The position numbers and the translations under genes were made by a program. From the IMG/VR virus record IMGVR_UViG_3300035670_000143, positions 10,950 to 74,949 of that record: DNA of 64,000 bases, one strand, 5' to 3'. Under the pieces are notes generated by a model. The model made no database searches. It had not been told where the DNA came from and saw only the letters and a list, made by a program, of their open reading frames with translations. Positions 39,952-49,438 of the stretch are shown one piece after another. Position 1 is the stretch's first letter, and each line of letters opens with the position of its first letter. This DNA comes from a virus.

Positions 39952-41688
39952 ATGTCTGACTATCTCGGCCTAAATCTAGAATACAAAGATTTTGATCGTC
40001 TTCTTCGTCAAGAAGAACTTGTCGAAGAACCGGTGTCTATTCAAACCTTTGTTCAGGACAAGAAGTACTTGGGGCTTCCACCATTATCCCCTATCCAGCT
40101 CGAAATTGTACGTCATTCTACACAAATCTTTAAAAAACATACGTTAATTAAGTTAATGGGTGAACAAGAAGGTGAGGAGTGGTATAACAAGTATACAGAT
40201 AATGAAGTTATTTGCATGTTAGGAAAAGGTAGTGGTAAAGACCATTGTGCAAGAATATCCGTAGCTTATACAGCGTATCTTCTTCACTGCTTAAGAGATC
40301 CGTTAAATTACTATGGCAAAGCTACTGGTGTTTATGTTGATCTTCTTAACCTAGCCGTCAACGCTCAGCAAGCTCAAAGAGTGTTCTTTGAGCCTTTAAA
40401 AAACTTGCTTCTTTCTTCTCCATATTTTAATGAAGTAGGTTTTGAGCCGAGAGTGTCTGAAATCTTTTTCTTTTCTAGACCAGTTAGATGTTTCTCTGGT
40501 CACTCTGAGAGTGAAGGATGGGAAGGTTATGAAGTGCTTACTATCATTCTTGACGAGATCTCTGCTTTTAAAACCGACGCTGAACTTCGTGGTGAAACAA
40601 GAGCCAAAGGTTCAGCTTCTGCAATTTATAACATGAGTAAGTTATCTGTTATGTCTCGTTTCCCTGAGGTTGGCAAAGTCATCCTTCTATCATTCCCTAG
40701 ATATAAGGGCGACTTTATTCAGCAAAGATATTTCTCTGCTAATGATAAGATGGAACCAAAAACCTGGACGGTTAAAGCGGCAACATGGGAAGTTAATCCA
40801 ACAATTAAAAGAGAAGATCTTGAGTCAGAGTTTATTAGAAATCCTATTGAAGCAAGAGCTCGTTTTGAATGTGAGCCTCCCAACATGGAAGATGCTTTCT
40901 TTAGAGATCCAGATCTTGTAAGAGCAGCATTTTCTTATGCTGATGATCCTCTTAATGAGGATGGCACTTACAAAAAATGGTTCAATAATCAGGACAACCA
41001 TGTTCGTTTTATTCATGTCGATCTTGGTTTGAAGAGGGACCGCGCTGCTTTAGCCATGTCTCACTGCTCTGGATTTACAGAAGTTAAGACGGGGATTGGT
41101 GTTGAAACATTGCCAATTATTAATGTTGATTTTGTAACGTCATGGGAAGCAGCTCACGGTCAAGAAATTAACTTTGCTTCAATTAGAAGTATGATCGTAG
41201 AACTGTGTAGAAAATTTGATGTTGGACTAGTAACTTTTGACAGGTGGCAGTCTGTAGAAATGATACAGTCGCTTAGATCTCAAAATATTAATGCAGACTT
41301 TAGATCTGTTAAGAAGTCAGACTACGACAGCTTAATGACTGCTATTTACGATAGACGATTGAGAGGTTATTGGAATGAGTTACTTGTTGAAGAGGAACTG
41401 TTAAAGCTCAGGCTTTTTGCTAATAATAAGATTGATCACCCGGCTGAGGGTTCAAAGGATCTTGCTGACGCTGTTGCTGGATCTGTTGCTTGTTGTATCG
41501 ATAACATCGCTATCGAATCGGAAATGGATATTGAAATCTTGCGTCCTGGTATTGATTGGGAGAATGACGAAGAAGAACTCGGCTACGGCACGGTTAGAAT
41601 TTATGATGGTAATGTCAATGAGTTTATCCCTGGTTACAGCAAATCCTCTCCGCAAGGCTTGGAAGACTTGTGGTTGGAAAACTTATAG
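39952..41688 (+). CDS. terL: Terminase large subunit
   Basis: Walker A LGKGSGKD, Walker B IILDE, nuclease HVDLG, TFDRW, IDHP..GSKDLADA. Confidence 0.93.
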   Translation: MSDYLGLNLEYKDFDRLLRQEELVEEPVSIQTFVQDKKYLGLPPLSPIQLEIVRHSTQIFKKHTLIKLMGEQEGEEWYNKYTDNEVICMLGKGSGKDHCARISVAYTAYLLHCLRDPLNYYGKATGVYVDLLNLAVNAQQAQRVFFEPLKNLLLSSPYFNEVGFEPRVSEIFFFSRPVRCFSGHSESEGWEGYEVLTIILDEISAFKTDAELRGETRAKGSASAIYNMSKLSVMSRFPEVGKVILLSFPRYKGDFIQQRYFSANDKMEPKTWTVKAATWEVNPTIKREDLESEFIRNPIEARARFECEPPNMEDAFFRDPDLVRAAFSYADDPLNEDGTYKKWFNNQDNHVRFIHVDLGLKRDRAALAMSHCSGFTEVKTGIGVETLPIINVDFVTSWEAAHGQEINFASIRSMIVELCRKFDVGLVTFDRWQSVEMIQSLRSQNINADFRSVKKSDYDSLMTAIYDRRLRGYWNELLVEEELLKLRLFANNKIDHPAEGSKDLADAVAGSVACCIDNIAIESEMDIEILRPGIDWENDEEELGYGTVRIYDGNVNEFIPGYSKSSPQGLEDLWLENL

Positions 41689-41813
41689 GCTTTTCCGCTA
41701 CAACAAATTTTTTTTTAAAAAAGTCGTTTTTCTGTAGCAAGGCCCCGTTGGGCGAGATACTATGTCTTTCGACAACGGGGCGACCGACCCCACCACACAG
41801 ATAGGAAATACAA

Positions 41814-42131
41814 ATGCTTTCAATCAAGGAAACAGAAAACTTTCCGGCAATCACTCGCAGTGGCCGTGTCTCGGCTGAATTGCAAATGATTATCGACTGC
41901 CTTATTGAGTCATCGAATACCGACAAGTCCTATGTTATCGAAGGAGTTGATCATGGTAATTCGTATAACTCAATGCAGCAGAGAATCCGCACTCAGGCTA
42001 AGAAGTTAGGCTTGACTGTTAAGATCTCTCATGATCGTAACAATAGCGAGCTTTATTTCAAGGCTTCTCGTCCGGTTGATTCTGTTGTTAGCACAAAGAG
42101 CAAGTCGAAGAAGTCTTCGGACACAATCTAA
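41814..42131 (+). CDS. Small basic protein in its own transcription unit (candidate DNA-binding protein)
   Basis: Own upstream region and terminator; QRIRTQAKKLG helix; Lys-rich tail. Confidence 0.65.
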   Translation: MLSIKETENFPAITRSGRVSAELQMIIDCLIESSNTDKSYVIEGVDHGNSYNSMQQRIRTQAKKLGLTVKISHDRNNSELYFKASRPVDSVVSTKSKSKKSSDTI

Positions 42132-42145
42132 TTTTAAACAATTAC

Positions 42146-42186
42146 AAAAAAGCGCCGGCTCGCAATGAGCCGGCGCTTTTTTTTTT
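42146..42186 (+). terminator. Rho-independent terminator (possibly bidirectional)
   Basis: A-tract, GCGCCGGCTC-GCAAT-GAGCCGGCGC, T10. Confidence 0.9.
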
Positions 42187-42200
42187 GCTATAATGCTTGT

Positions 42201-43037
42201 ATGCTTTCTACTGAAGAAATTAAAATTGAAATTGATAAAGATCAAATTAACACATGGTATCCGATGTTTGCTTTGCCATGTTATGACCGTCAAATTACTG
42301 AGCCGTTCTTTATGTCTATGATGAGAACTGCTATGAGATTTAGAGAACTTGGCTTGAGATTTGCTGTTAGTACAATCAGTGATTCTCTAATAAATAGAGG
42401 TAGAAATCAACTTGTTGCTAAATTTATGGCTAATCCTGATTTCACACACCTAATGTTTATTGATGTTGATCTTGGATTTGATGCTGATGATATCCTAAAG
42501 CTCCTTTGGCATGATAAGGATATTATGACTGGTGCTTATCCGATTAAAGAAATTAATTGGGAAAAAGTCAAAGAGAAGGCTGCATACTTAGAGCCGGATC
42601 AATTGATGGAAACATCTCTTAGATACGTGGTTAATCCTGCTTATCACGGTGAGAATCGTGTAAAGGTTAATAATGGTGCTCTCTCTATTTATGATGCTGG
42701 CACTGGCTTTATGTTGATTAAAAGGTCTGTATTTGAAAAAATGTTTGAGCATTATCCTGAACTGAAGTACCGTGATGATACGGGTTCTTTGAAGGGTGAA
42801 GAACTGAATAACTCATATGCTCTGTTTAATAGTTATGTCGATGAAACTGGCCGCTTCCTGTCAGAAGATTATGGCTTTGGCCGCTACTGGCAAAAAATAG
42901 GTGGTGAGGTATGGGTGGATCCATCTATTAAACTAACTCATCTCGGCAGAATGGAATACACAGGAACTCTTGTTAACTGGCTGGTTGAAAATGCTAGAGC
43001 TAATCCTGTTAAGTCCTCAGACCCAGAGACAGAGTAG
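42201..43037 (+). CDS. GT-A fold glycosyltransferase-like protein
   Basis: SLINRGRN, THLMFIDVD (DxD), GTGFMLIKR, LSEDY; leaderless (TGCTATAAT 6 nt upstream). Confidence 0.8.
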   Translation: MLSTEEIKIEIDKDQINTWYPMFALPCYDRQITEPFFMSMMRTAMRFRELGLRFAVSTISDSLINRGRNQLVAKFMANPDFTHLMFIDVDLGFDADDILKLLWHDKDIMTGAYPIKEINWEKVKEKAAYLEPDQLMETSLRYVVNPAYHGENRVKVNNGALSIYDAGTGFMLIKRSVFEKMFEHYPELKYRDDTGSLKGEELNNSYALFNSYVDETGRFLSEDYGFGRYWQKIGGEVWVDPSIKLTHLGRMEYTGTLVNWLVENARANPVKSSDPETE

Positions 43038-43374
43038 CCCCTATTACATATAGCATTACTGGTCTCCTAAAAATTTGAAAATGATCTGGGAACCGACTCG
43101 TCCTGTATTTCGTCGTATGCGCCAAAAATTTGTACTAAAATTTGCAAAAAACATTTACAAACACAGCCCCGTTCGCAAAGTCTTTTGTTTTGAGTTTGCC
43201 AATGTGTTTCGTGCTTAGCTTTGTGCTAAATCTCGAGCTTGATTGTAAAACCATTGCGGCCTGACATTTACAAACTGCGGCGAAGCTCTGGCGTGTGAGA
43301 TGATCTAACTCTTTCGCAAACTCTTAACGATTCATTGCGGAATTAAATTTTTCTAGACTTTGTTGAGTTACGAC

Positions 43375-43403
43375 TTGACAGCGGAATTTCCATGACCTAA
43401 ACT
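43375..43403 (+). promoter_or_regulatory. Sigma70/SigA-type promoter heading the early gene block
   Basis: TTGACA-17 nt-TAAACT. Confidence 0.75.
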
Positions 43404-43501
43404 TGCGGTATGTTATCAGATTTCTCTCAAAGACCAGCGGAAATCTTATGCTTATTTCTTTGCCCAAACTTTATCCAAATACAAAGCGAAAGGTAATGGT
43501 A

Positions 43502-43792
43502 ATGTCAAATCCCGATGTTATTCGTCTATCTTCTGTGGACTCTCAGCGCAGATCAAATCGTAAGCGCAAGCCAAAGTATTCCACTAAGCCCTGGGAATAC
43601 AAAGACGAAGAGGGTCGTATTGCTTATGTCTCAGCCCTTGTTCGTTCAAACATTCGTCGTCAAGAAAGGCTAAACGGGGCTTACAACCCAGACAAAGATC
43701 CTTTCCTTCCTTTGCTCAATACTGACGACATTTACAAACTTCAACTCAATGCCATTCTTCCTCTCAACTATCAAGGAGATACCAATGTCTGA
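43502..43792 (+). CDS. Early hypothetical protein (basic)
   Basis: GAAAGG RBS; first ORF after the promoter. Confidence 0.6.
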   Translation: MSNPDVIRLSSVDSQRRSNRKRKPKYSTKPWEYKDEEGRIAYVSALVRSNIRRQERLNGAYNPDKDPFLPLLNTDDIYKLQLNAILPLNYQGDTNV

Positions 43793-44162
43793 TCATCTGC
43801 CGCAGAAAATACAAAACCTTATCGGTGTCGAAGTGTGTGACGGTGACAAAGATTATGGCACTGTTGTTGATGCTGTTGCTGTTGTTAGTGGTGGTAATAC
43901 GAGCTGGGAAGTTGTAACTAATCGTGGTTACAGTATTTCAGCAAATCAGTTGCTCAATCTTCTTGCTCAGATCAACTATCTCGAAAAGTTAGAGCAAGTC
44001 GATGAGTATGCTCAACATCAAGTTCTGCCCCCTGTTCTTCCTTATTCGCAAGACAAAAAGTTTAGCTGGGGTGGTGCTAAGCCTTATAGCAATGGTGGTA
44101 TTAGTAATGTTGCCATTGTGAATGGTGAGCGTATCAACATTTCAAATCGTTTCGAAAAATAA
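43785..44162 (+). CDS. Hypothetical protein
   Basis: AAGGAG RBS. Confidence 0.65.
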   Translation: MSDHLPQKIQNLIGVEVCDGDKDYGTVVDAVAVVSGGNTSWEVVTNRGYSISANQLLNLLAQINYLEKLEQVDEYAQHQVLPPVLPYSQDKKFSWGGAKPYSNGGISNVAIVNGERINISNRFEK

Positions 44163-44181
44163 CAACTGAAAGGATAAGTCA

Positions 44182-44577
44182 ATGAATGAGTCTCAACTTG
44201 AAAAAGTAAGGCATGAGCTTTACGAACTCAAAATGTGTCACATGAAATTACAAAATGCCATCCTTCATGCTCATAGAAATATTGAAGCTGTTGGTAGTAT
44301 CTTGAAAAACTGTGGTATTGATGAAAAAGTAATTCAAGATATGAGTAGCATTTTGTCTAATGAATGCGAAGTAATTGAAATGGAACTTGGTGAAATGGGA
44401 ATTCGTAGATTTGGTGTTTATGGAAACATCATGACTGACGCACCTGGTTGGTTTCAAACTAATGCTCCATTTATGGTTCTTGAACCTGCTTGGGTTTATG
44501 ATAAGAATGGTGAATGTGAGTTACTCATGTTTGGTGTTGGTATACATGCCAATAGTCAGAAAGGTGTTAATCTGTAA
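44182..44577 (+). CDS. Hypothetical protein
   Basis: GAAAGGA RBS. Confidence 0.65.
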   Translation: MNESQLEKVRHELYELKMCHMKLQNAILHAHRNIEAVGSILKNCGIDEKVIQDMSSILSNECEVIEMELGEMGIRRFGVYGNIMTDAPGWFQTNAPFMVLEPAWVYDKNGECELLMFGVGIHANSQKGVNL

Positions 44578-44789
44578 TGATTAGCGAACTTCATTTTTAT
44601 ACAGATGGCAGTTTCTTTGCCAAAGATATAAGCGGTTCAAAGACTGCTATTCAAGTTCTTCATTGTGGTTGTGAGATAAATACTCATCAACCAATGAGGT
44701 TATTCAGAGTAGAGAAAGGCTCTACGACTCCATGCCCAAATGGTCATGGTAATCAAAAGACAAAGCAAGTTATGTCGAAAGGTTTCTAG
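44577..44789 (+). CDS. Small Cys/His protein
   Basis: HCGC...CPNGH; TAATG coupling. Confidence 0.55.
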   Translation: MISELHFYTDGSFFAKDISGSKTAIQVLHCGCEINTHQPMRLFRVEKGSTTPCPNGHGNQKTKQVMSKGF

Positions 44790-44792
44790 TCT

Positions 44793-44981
44793 ATGAGAAA
44801 AAAAAGAAAGTGCTCAGATAAATCTCAATGGTCAGATGATTTCTTCTCTGCTTTTGTGAATGAGTCTTTTTCTATCGGTACTGGTAATAACTGGCAAGCA
44901 TTTGAAAATGCAAAAAGAAAAGTTGGTGACAACTTGTCACCAGAATCAAATCCGTATGATCAATGGTGGAAAGGAAAGTAA
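44793..44981 (+). CDS. Hypothetical protein
   Basis: Tight packing, RBS. Confidence 0.5.
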   Translation: MRKKRKCSDKSQWSDDFFSAFVNESFSIGTGNNWQAFENAKRKVGDNLSPESNPYDQWWKGK

Positions 44982-45208
44982 TGAAAGATTTCGATTGTTT
45001 CTTCATTGAAACTCTGAGTGAATACATCTCAGAAAAGCCAGCAAATACTCCATTTGGAAAGTTCTTGTTTGTTCAAATCAATCAGAATAATCCAGATTGT
45101 GCTGCTGACATTATTGCTACTGAAAACGATCCGTATTATTGTGCTGGTTCGATTTCACAAGAATTGTACGATGGTATGAAGAAAGCGTGGGTTGCTAATG
45201 CATCGTGA
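44981..45208 (+). CDS. Hypothetical protein
   Basis: TAATG coupling, AAGGA RBS. Confidence 0.55.
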   Translation: MKDFDCFFIETLSEYISEKPANTPFGKFLFVQINQNNPDCAADIIATENDPYYCAGSISQELYDGMKKAWVANAS

Positions 45209-45368
45209 ACTTCTTATTCTTAGAGCTATGAATCAGTTTGGCTGGACAAAGCCATTTGCTACAGAATATATCATGGAAAGAACATACAATGGTCTTTCTC
45301 ATGCCTCAGCTTACTCTGCTGCAATGAATTCAACTTACGTTTCTCAAAAAGATAAGCCGAGGGGGTGA
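45198..45368 (+). CDS. Hypothetical protein (56 aa, not in track)
   Basis: MHRELLILRAM... fills the gap. Confidence 0.45.
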   Translation: MHRELLILRAMNQFGWTKPFATEYIMERTYNGLSHASAYSAAMNSTYVSQKDKPRG

Positions 45369-45371
45369 GTT

Positions 45372-45542
45372 ATGTTTGATGATGAATTTGTTCATGATTA
45401 CATGGAAAGACTTAAAGAAGCAATGAATGATATTAAAAGCATCTCTGAGATTCAGTTTTGTCAATCCATCATGAAATCAGATGATGGGTGGTTTATCTAT
45501 GTATTAGATGAAAATGGAGAGGCTAACTGGGAAGGATTCTAG
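45372..45542 (+). CDS. Hypothetical acidic protein (56 aa, not in track)
   Basis: MFDDEFVHDY... with G-rich RBS. Confidence 0.5.
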   Translation: MFDDEFVHDYMERLKEAMNDIKSISEIQFCQSIMKSDDGWFIYVLDENGEANWEGF

Positions 45543-45545
45543 ATT

Positions 45546-45776
45546 ATGGCAACTTGTGTCTATTGCCTGTCAGATTATTCTGATGAGCGATCAGAACTTG
45601 GTTATGACTATTGTTTAGAAAAAGAATGTCAACATAAAGGATTAGGAAAGAGCAGGAGTGAGTTCTTAGATGAATACACCCCTGCTCTTTTGCATAAGTG
45701 CAACTATTTCTGGGTCAAGAAATCTGAGCTCAAGCAAGTTAATACAAGATCAGATCTTGACTCATTCGAATACTAG
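45546..45776 (+). CDS. Zinc-finger protein (DksA/TraR-like spacing)
   Basis: CVYC......R..LGY.YC...EC. Confidence 0.55.
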   Translation: MATCVYCLSDYSDERSELGYDYCLEKECQHKGLGKSRSEFLDEYTPALLHKCNYFWVKKSELKQVNTRSDLDSFEY

Positions 45777-45787
45777 AAAGATTGATT

Positions 45788-45961
45788 ATGAATTACACTA
45801 ATATTAAAAAGGGGGCTATTGTAAGAAACTTATCTTCACCTGAGCAGATCCTTCTTGTTTTACAGGAAGCAGATGAGTTTGGTAATTTCAAAGCCCTTAT
45901 TGTTGGAACAGATACTGTTATTGAAGAAAGTATTGAACAAAAAGAACTCGTTCTTGTTTGA
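45788..45961 (+). CDS. Small beta-barrel-like protein (57 aa, not in track)
   Basis: IKKGAIVR... pattern; fills the gap. Confidence 0.45.
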   Translation: MNYTNIKKGAIVRNLSSPEQILLVLQEADEFGNFKALIVGTDTVIEESIEQKELVLV

Positions 45962-45973
45962 TGAAAGGATTGT

Positions 45974-46249
45974 ATGCCTAATAAATTTAAACCTGGCGAC
46001 TATGTAAAGTCGAAGCGTTTTAGTGGTATTGCTATGTATATTTATCGCAATACAACTATTCATCGTGATCTTGATGATGACGGATTTCTTGAAGAAATTG
46101 TTGCTGATGACTGTTACGATTGTGTAATGGTTGGTGATGACATGATTCATAAGATTGATGAAGAAGATTTGGAGTTGCTTCCCATAAGTGACTTCTGTTA
46201 TGAGTGTGGTCAAATTGGTTGTAAACACAGTGTTATGGAGGAAGAATGA
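45974..46249 (+). CDS. Hypothetical protein
   Basis: FKPGDYV N-terminus, MVGDD, FCYECGQIGC. Confidence 0.65.
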   Translation: MPNKFKPGDYVKSKRFSGIAMYIYRNTTIHRDLDDDGFLEEIVADDCYDCVMVGDDMIHKIDEEDLELLPISDFCYECGQIGCKHSVMEEE

Positions 46250-46755
46250 ATAAGCAAAAGATGCTGGAATTGGCTGACTTTATTGAAAATCTTGACCGTT
46301 GGAGATTCAATATTGGATTCTGGGCCTCAGACTTTAGTAAAGGATATTACACCCCAACATCTAATCTTGACGTTAACATTTGCAATACAGCAGGATGTAT
46401 TGCTGGCTGGGCTATGGCGATGGAGAATGGTGGGGAAGTAACTATGCCTACTATTATTAGTCCAGAAATGGCTAACTACAACGTCTTTAGTGGGGCAAGG
46501 ATTCTTGGTCTAACATTTGCTCAGGCTTCTCGTTTGTTTTATGTTGATCCTGATTCTATTTGGGTTCAATATTGGGAGATGTATAAGCATCTGATTGATG
46601 TTGAAGATATTGAAGAAATTGAAGCATTCTCTGACTACCACGGCAGTATTGATTCAGAGAAGCTTGGTGAAAAAATTACAAATAGTGTAGCAGCTTTTAT
46701 GCTGCGTCAGATTGCTAATGGTGAGTTTGATCTTTCTAATGAATGGAGGCCGTGA
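46246..46755 (+). CDS. Hypothetical protein, CxTAGCIAGWA family copy 1
   Basis: CNTAGCIAGWA...ILGLT..QA..LF. Confidence 0.75.
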   Translation: MNKQKMLELADFIENLDRWRFNIGFWASDFSKGYYTPTSNLDVNICNTAGCIAGWAMAMENGGEVTMPTIISPEMANYNVFSGARILGLTFAQASRLFYVDPDSIWVQYWEMYKHLIDVEDIEEIEAFSDYHGSIDSEKLGEKITNSVAAFMLRQIANGEFDLSNEWRP

Positions 46756-46756
46756 A

Positions 46757-47275
46757 ATGATTAATCGTGAAAATATGATGAAGCTTGCTCTTCATCTTGA
46801 AGATATTGATAAGAGTCGTTTTAATATGAACTATTGGGTTAGCTCATATCAAGATGAGTATCAAGAACACATGGAGGGTGAGCGTTTAGATATTAATGAT
46901 TGTGGTACTGCTGGTTGTATTGCTGGTTGGGCTGTTGCTTTGGCAAATAATGGAAAATTCAATGCCATTGATGCTGATGAATATGAAGGATTAGAATTAG
47001 ACGACGAAGAACTTCTTCTGGGTGATGTTAGGCATTATGCCGCTGAATGGCTTGGCCTTTCTATGAGTCAAGCAGATCAGTTGTTTTATTTCGGTGAAGA
47101 TTCTGTTTGGAATCGGTATATCAATGACTACGGTTTTGATAGCCATAAAACTCTTGGTAATCCGAATAAAAAGAAAATTGATGCCGATAGTATTCACCCT
47201 AAGCATGCTGCTGACATGCTTTATCGTATTCTTAGCGGTGAAGATGTGTTTGTACAATATGGGAAGTTCTTGTGA
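46757..47275 (+). CDS. Hypothetical protein, CxTAGCIAGWA family copy 2
   Basis: CGTAGCIAGWA...WLGLS..QA..LF; GGAGG RBS. Confidence 0.75.
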   Translation: MINRENMMKLALHLEDIDKSRFNMNYWVSSYQDEYQEHMEGERLDINDCGTAGCIAGWAVALANNGKFNAIDADEYEGLELDDEELLLGDVRHYAAEWLGLSMSQADQLFYFGEDSVWNRYINDYGFDSHKTLGNPNKKKIDADSIHPKHAADMLYRILSGEDVFVQYGKFL

Positions 47276-47403
47276 CTTCTTATATTTGTAGAAGTTGCGG
47301 TTCTGAATATCCTGAGCAACCTGAAGATAATTTTTGTAGAGTTTGCCATGAGAATGAGGTATTTCCCTCAGATGAATATTCCTATTACGATTGGGAGGAT
47401 TAA
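47272..47403 (+). CDS. Zinc-ribbon microprotein (43 aa)
   Basis: CRSCG...FCRVC; GTGA coupling. Confidence 0.5.
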   Translation: MTSYICRSCGSEYPEQPEDNFCRVCHENEVFPSDEYSYYDWED

Positions 47404-47405
47404 AT

Positions 47406-47807
47406 ATGAATCACATAATTAAAATGAATCCAAAAGTTAAAGCCATGTGGATTGAAGCTCTTCTTTCTGGTGATTACCAGCAGGGTCAACATTATCTTTG
47501 TCAAGATAATAATGATGGCTCTAAGTCATGGTGTTGTCTAGGTGTTCTTACAGATCTTGCCATGAAAAATGGTGTCGATATTGATATGGAAAGATCCCTG
47601 TCTGAATCTAATGTATACGCCTTTGATAATGAATCAGAAACAGTTCCTGCTACTGTAAAAAGTTGGGCTGGTTTGGAAACGGCTTCTGGTGGATACTCTT
47701 GTCCTAATATTGATGACGGAGATGAGTTGACTTGTTCACTTGCTGAAGATAATGATAATGGTCTCACGTTTGAAGAACTTGTAGACATAATTAGAGAGTA
47801 TTTCTGA
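47406..47807 (+). CDS. Hypothetical protein (CCLGV family)
   Basis: W..AL.SG.Y.QG..YL...CCLGVL...ND.GLTF.E. Confidence 0.7.
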   Translation: MNHIIKMNPKVKAMWIEALLSGDYQQGQHYLCQDNNDGSKSWCCLGVLTDLAMKNGVDIDMERSLSESNVYAFDNESETVPATVKSWAGLETASGGYSCPNIDDGDELTCSLAEDNDNGLTFEELVDIIREYF

Positions 47808-47822
47808 AAATAAGGAGGAATC

Positions 47823-48158
47823 ATGTTTGACGATTATCTAAATATTGGGCCTACTCCGCCTGAGGAAGATTGTGTTCAGGTTGGTAGCGAGGATTACCTT
47901 AGGAAAACAAAGATCGAAGTCAATGCTTTTATCAATCAGCTTGAGCGTGAGTTTTCTCTTTGGGTGGAAAATGATTGGGTTCTTTTTGATAAGAAGTGGT
48001 TCAATCATGATTTTGGTCGATACTGTGAAGTAGTTGTGTATTACAAAACTGATGATGAAACATCTAGGGGTTGTGCTCTTTCTGTTGAGCGTTCTCATTA
48101 TCATTATTGGGATGAAGAAGCCAGAAAGGAACTAAAGGAGGCTGGGTATTGGGTATGA
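47823..48158 (+). CDS. Conserved phage hypothetical protein
   Basis: GPTP.EE.C.QVG...HDFG.Y.EV; AGGAGG RBS. Confidence 0.7.
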   Translation: MFDDYLNIGPTPPEEDCVQVGSEDYLRKTKIEVNAFINQLEREFSLWVENDWVLFDKKWFNHDFGRYCEVVVYYKTDDETSRGCALSVERSHYHYWDEEARKELKEAGYWV

Positions 48159-48907
48159 GTGATGTTTTGTATAAAGGCTTAACTCTTGTTGAACTTGCTC
48201 AGCAAGCTTTACAAAAGCCTGAAGATTTCGGCTGGTGGGGTAGTGATGAAATGTTTGATACTTGGGGTTGGTCAGGTATTGATGTTCACAATGCTTCTGA
48301 TTCTGTTCAGATCGTCAATTTCGATCTGATTAAAAAAGATTTGATGGAGAAGTTTCCTGACGATTTTGAAGTTGTTGGTTTGAGGCATTGGGCTGTAGGT
48401 CATGTTGATAGATTGACTTGCCGTATTCTCAAAGATAGTATCAGTCATGATAGTATCACTGATGATAGTATTACTGATGCTTTTAAAGCTGCTATGGATT
48501 GGCTTGTTCAATTGGATGACTATCCTATTGTTGATGATGATGCTCTTTATGAGTATTGTTATAATCAGGAATTGGAGTGGATTACTCAAGAGTTGCCGGC
48601 TGAAATTTATGTTGCTAATTCGAAAGAAGAAACGGCAGCCTTAATTCTTGAAGAACTTAGTCAACTTGATGATTATGATGTTGTTGGTTACAACCTTGAC
48701 GGTGCTTCTGTTACTGAACATCTTATGCGTTATGCTGCTTATGATCTAAGTTTGTGCGATGCCAGATATCGTGAGTTTTGGGATGAGTGGGTAGAAGAAG
48801 AAGGTTTGCCCATTATCTTCTGGGGTGACAACTTTGGTGCGCCGGCAAATGTTGTGCATAAGTTAGATGGTCAATTGAATCTTTTTGATGAGGAGAATGA
48901 TGCCTGA
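48155..48907 (+). CDS. Acidic hypothetical protein
   Basis: HWAVGHV, L.DYPIVDDD motifs. Confidence 0.7.
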   Translation: MSDVLYKGLTLVELAQQALQKPEDFGWWGSDEMFDTWGWSGIDVHNASDSVQIVNFDLIKKDLMEKFPDDFEVVGLRHWAVGHVDRLTCRILKDSISHDSITDDSITDAFKAAMDWLVQLDDYPIVDDDALYEYCYNQELEWITQELPAEIYVANSKEETAALILEELSQLDDYDVVGYNLDGASVTEHLMRYAAYDLSLCDARYREFWDEWVEEEGLPIIFWGDNFGAPANVVHKLDGQLNLFDEENDA

Positions 48908-49112
48908 AGTTAATGAGTTTAAGATTACAAATCCGAGAGCACCTTTCTTTATTCTTCAGGAACTTCTTGAGCATACAGATGTTCCTATCAATAAGCGTGG
49001 TGATTTGAAATGGATTAAGGACAATCTTGATTCCGTTTCTGTTCCAGAAGATGTCATTATTGAACTGACTAATGTTGTTAATGATCTTTGTTTTGTAAAG
49101 GATGGTGAGTAA
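48897..49112 (+). CDS. Hypothetical protein
   Basis: GAGGAG RBS. Confidence 0.55.
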   Translation: MMPEVNEFKITNPRAPFFILQELLEHTDVPINKRGDLKWIKDNLDSVSVPEDVIIELTNVVNDLCFVKDGE

Positions 49113-49438
49113 TGAGTTTTGATAAAGAAGCTCTTGATCGTTGGCTTACGGAAGAACCTGATTGGAGAAGCGGTCCAATTTTTCATTCGTATGAATTAAT
49201 TAAAGAAGCTGTAAGTTATGCTACATACGATGAACCGTATCCGCCTTATGATCTGGCTTTTAATAATTTTGATGAACTGAGATGCCGTGATTGTAAAAAG
49301 CCTGTCGGATTTCTTTTACATGATGATCACATTCCTGCTACGGATTCAATTACCGAATTTTGGCAAATTGATGAAGATGGTGAAGAACTTCTTTGTGAAG
49401 GTTGTTACGAAAAAATCATTGAAGAGATTGGAGAATGA
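49112..49438 (+). CDS. Zinc-binding hypothetical protein
   Basis: CRDC...LCEGC. Confidence 0.6.
   Translation: MSFDKEALDRWLTEEPDWRSGPIFHSYELIKEAVSYATYDEPYPPYDLAFNNFDELRCRDCKKPVGFLLHDDHIPATDSITEFWQIDEDGEELLCEGCYEKIIEEIGE

Noticed and set aside
24620-41688. Inteins or introns in dnaB, dnaE, recA and terL
   Set aside because: Lengths are ordinary, the motifs are contiguous, and no splice-junction or LAGLIDADG signatures were seen.
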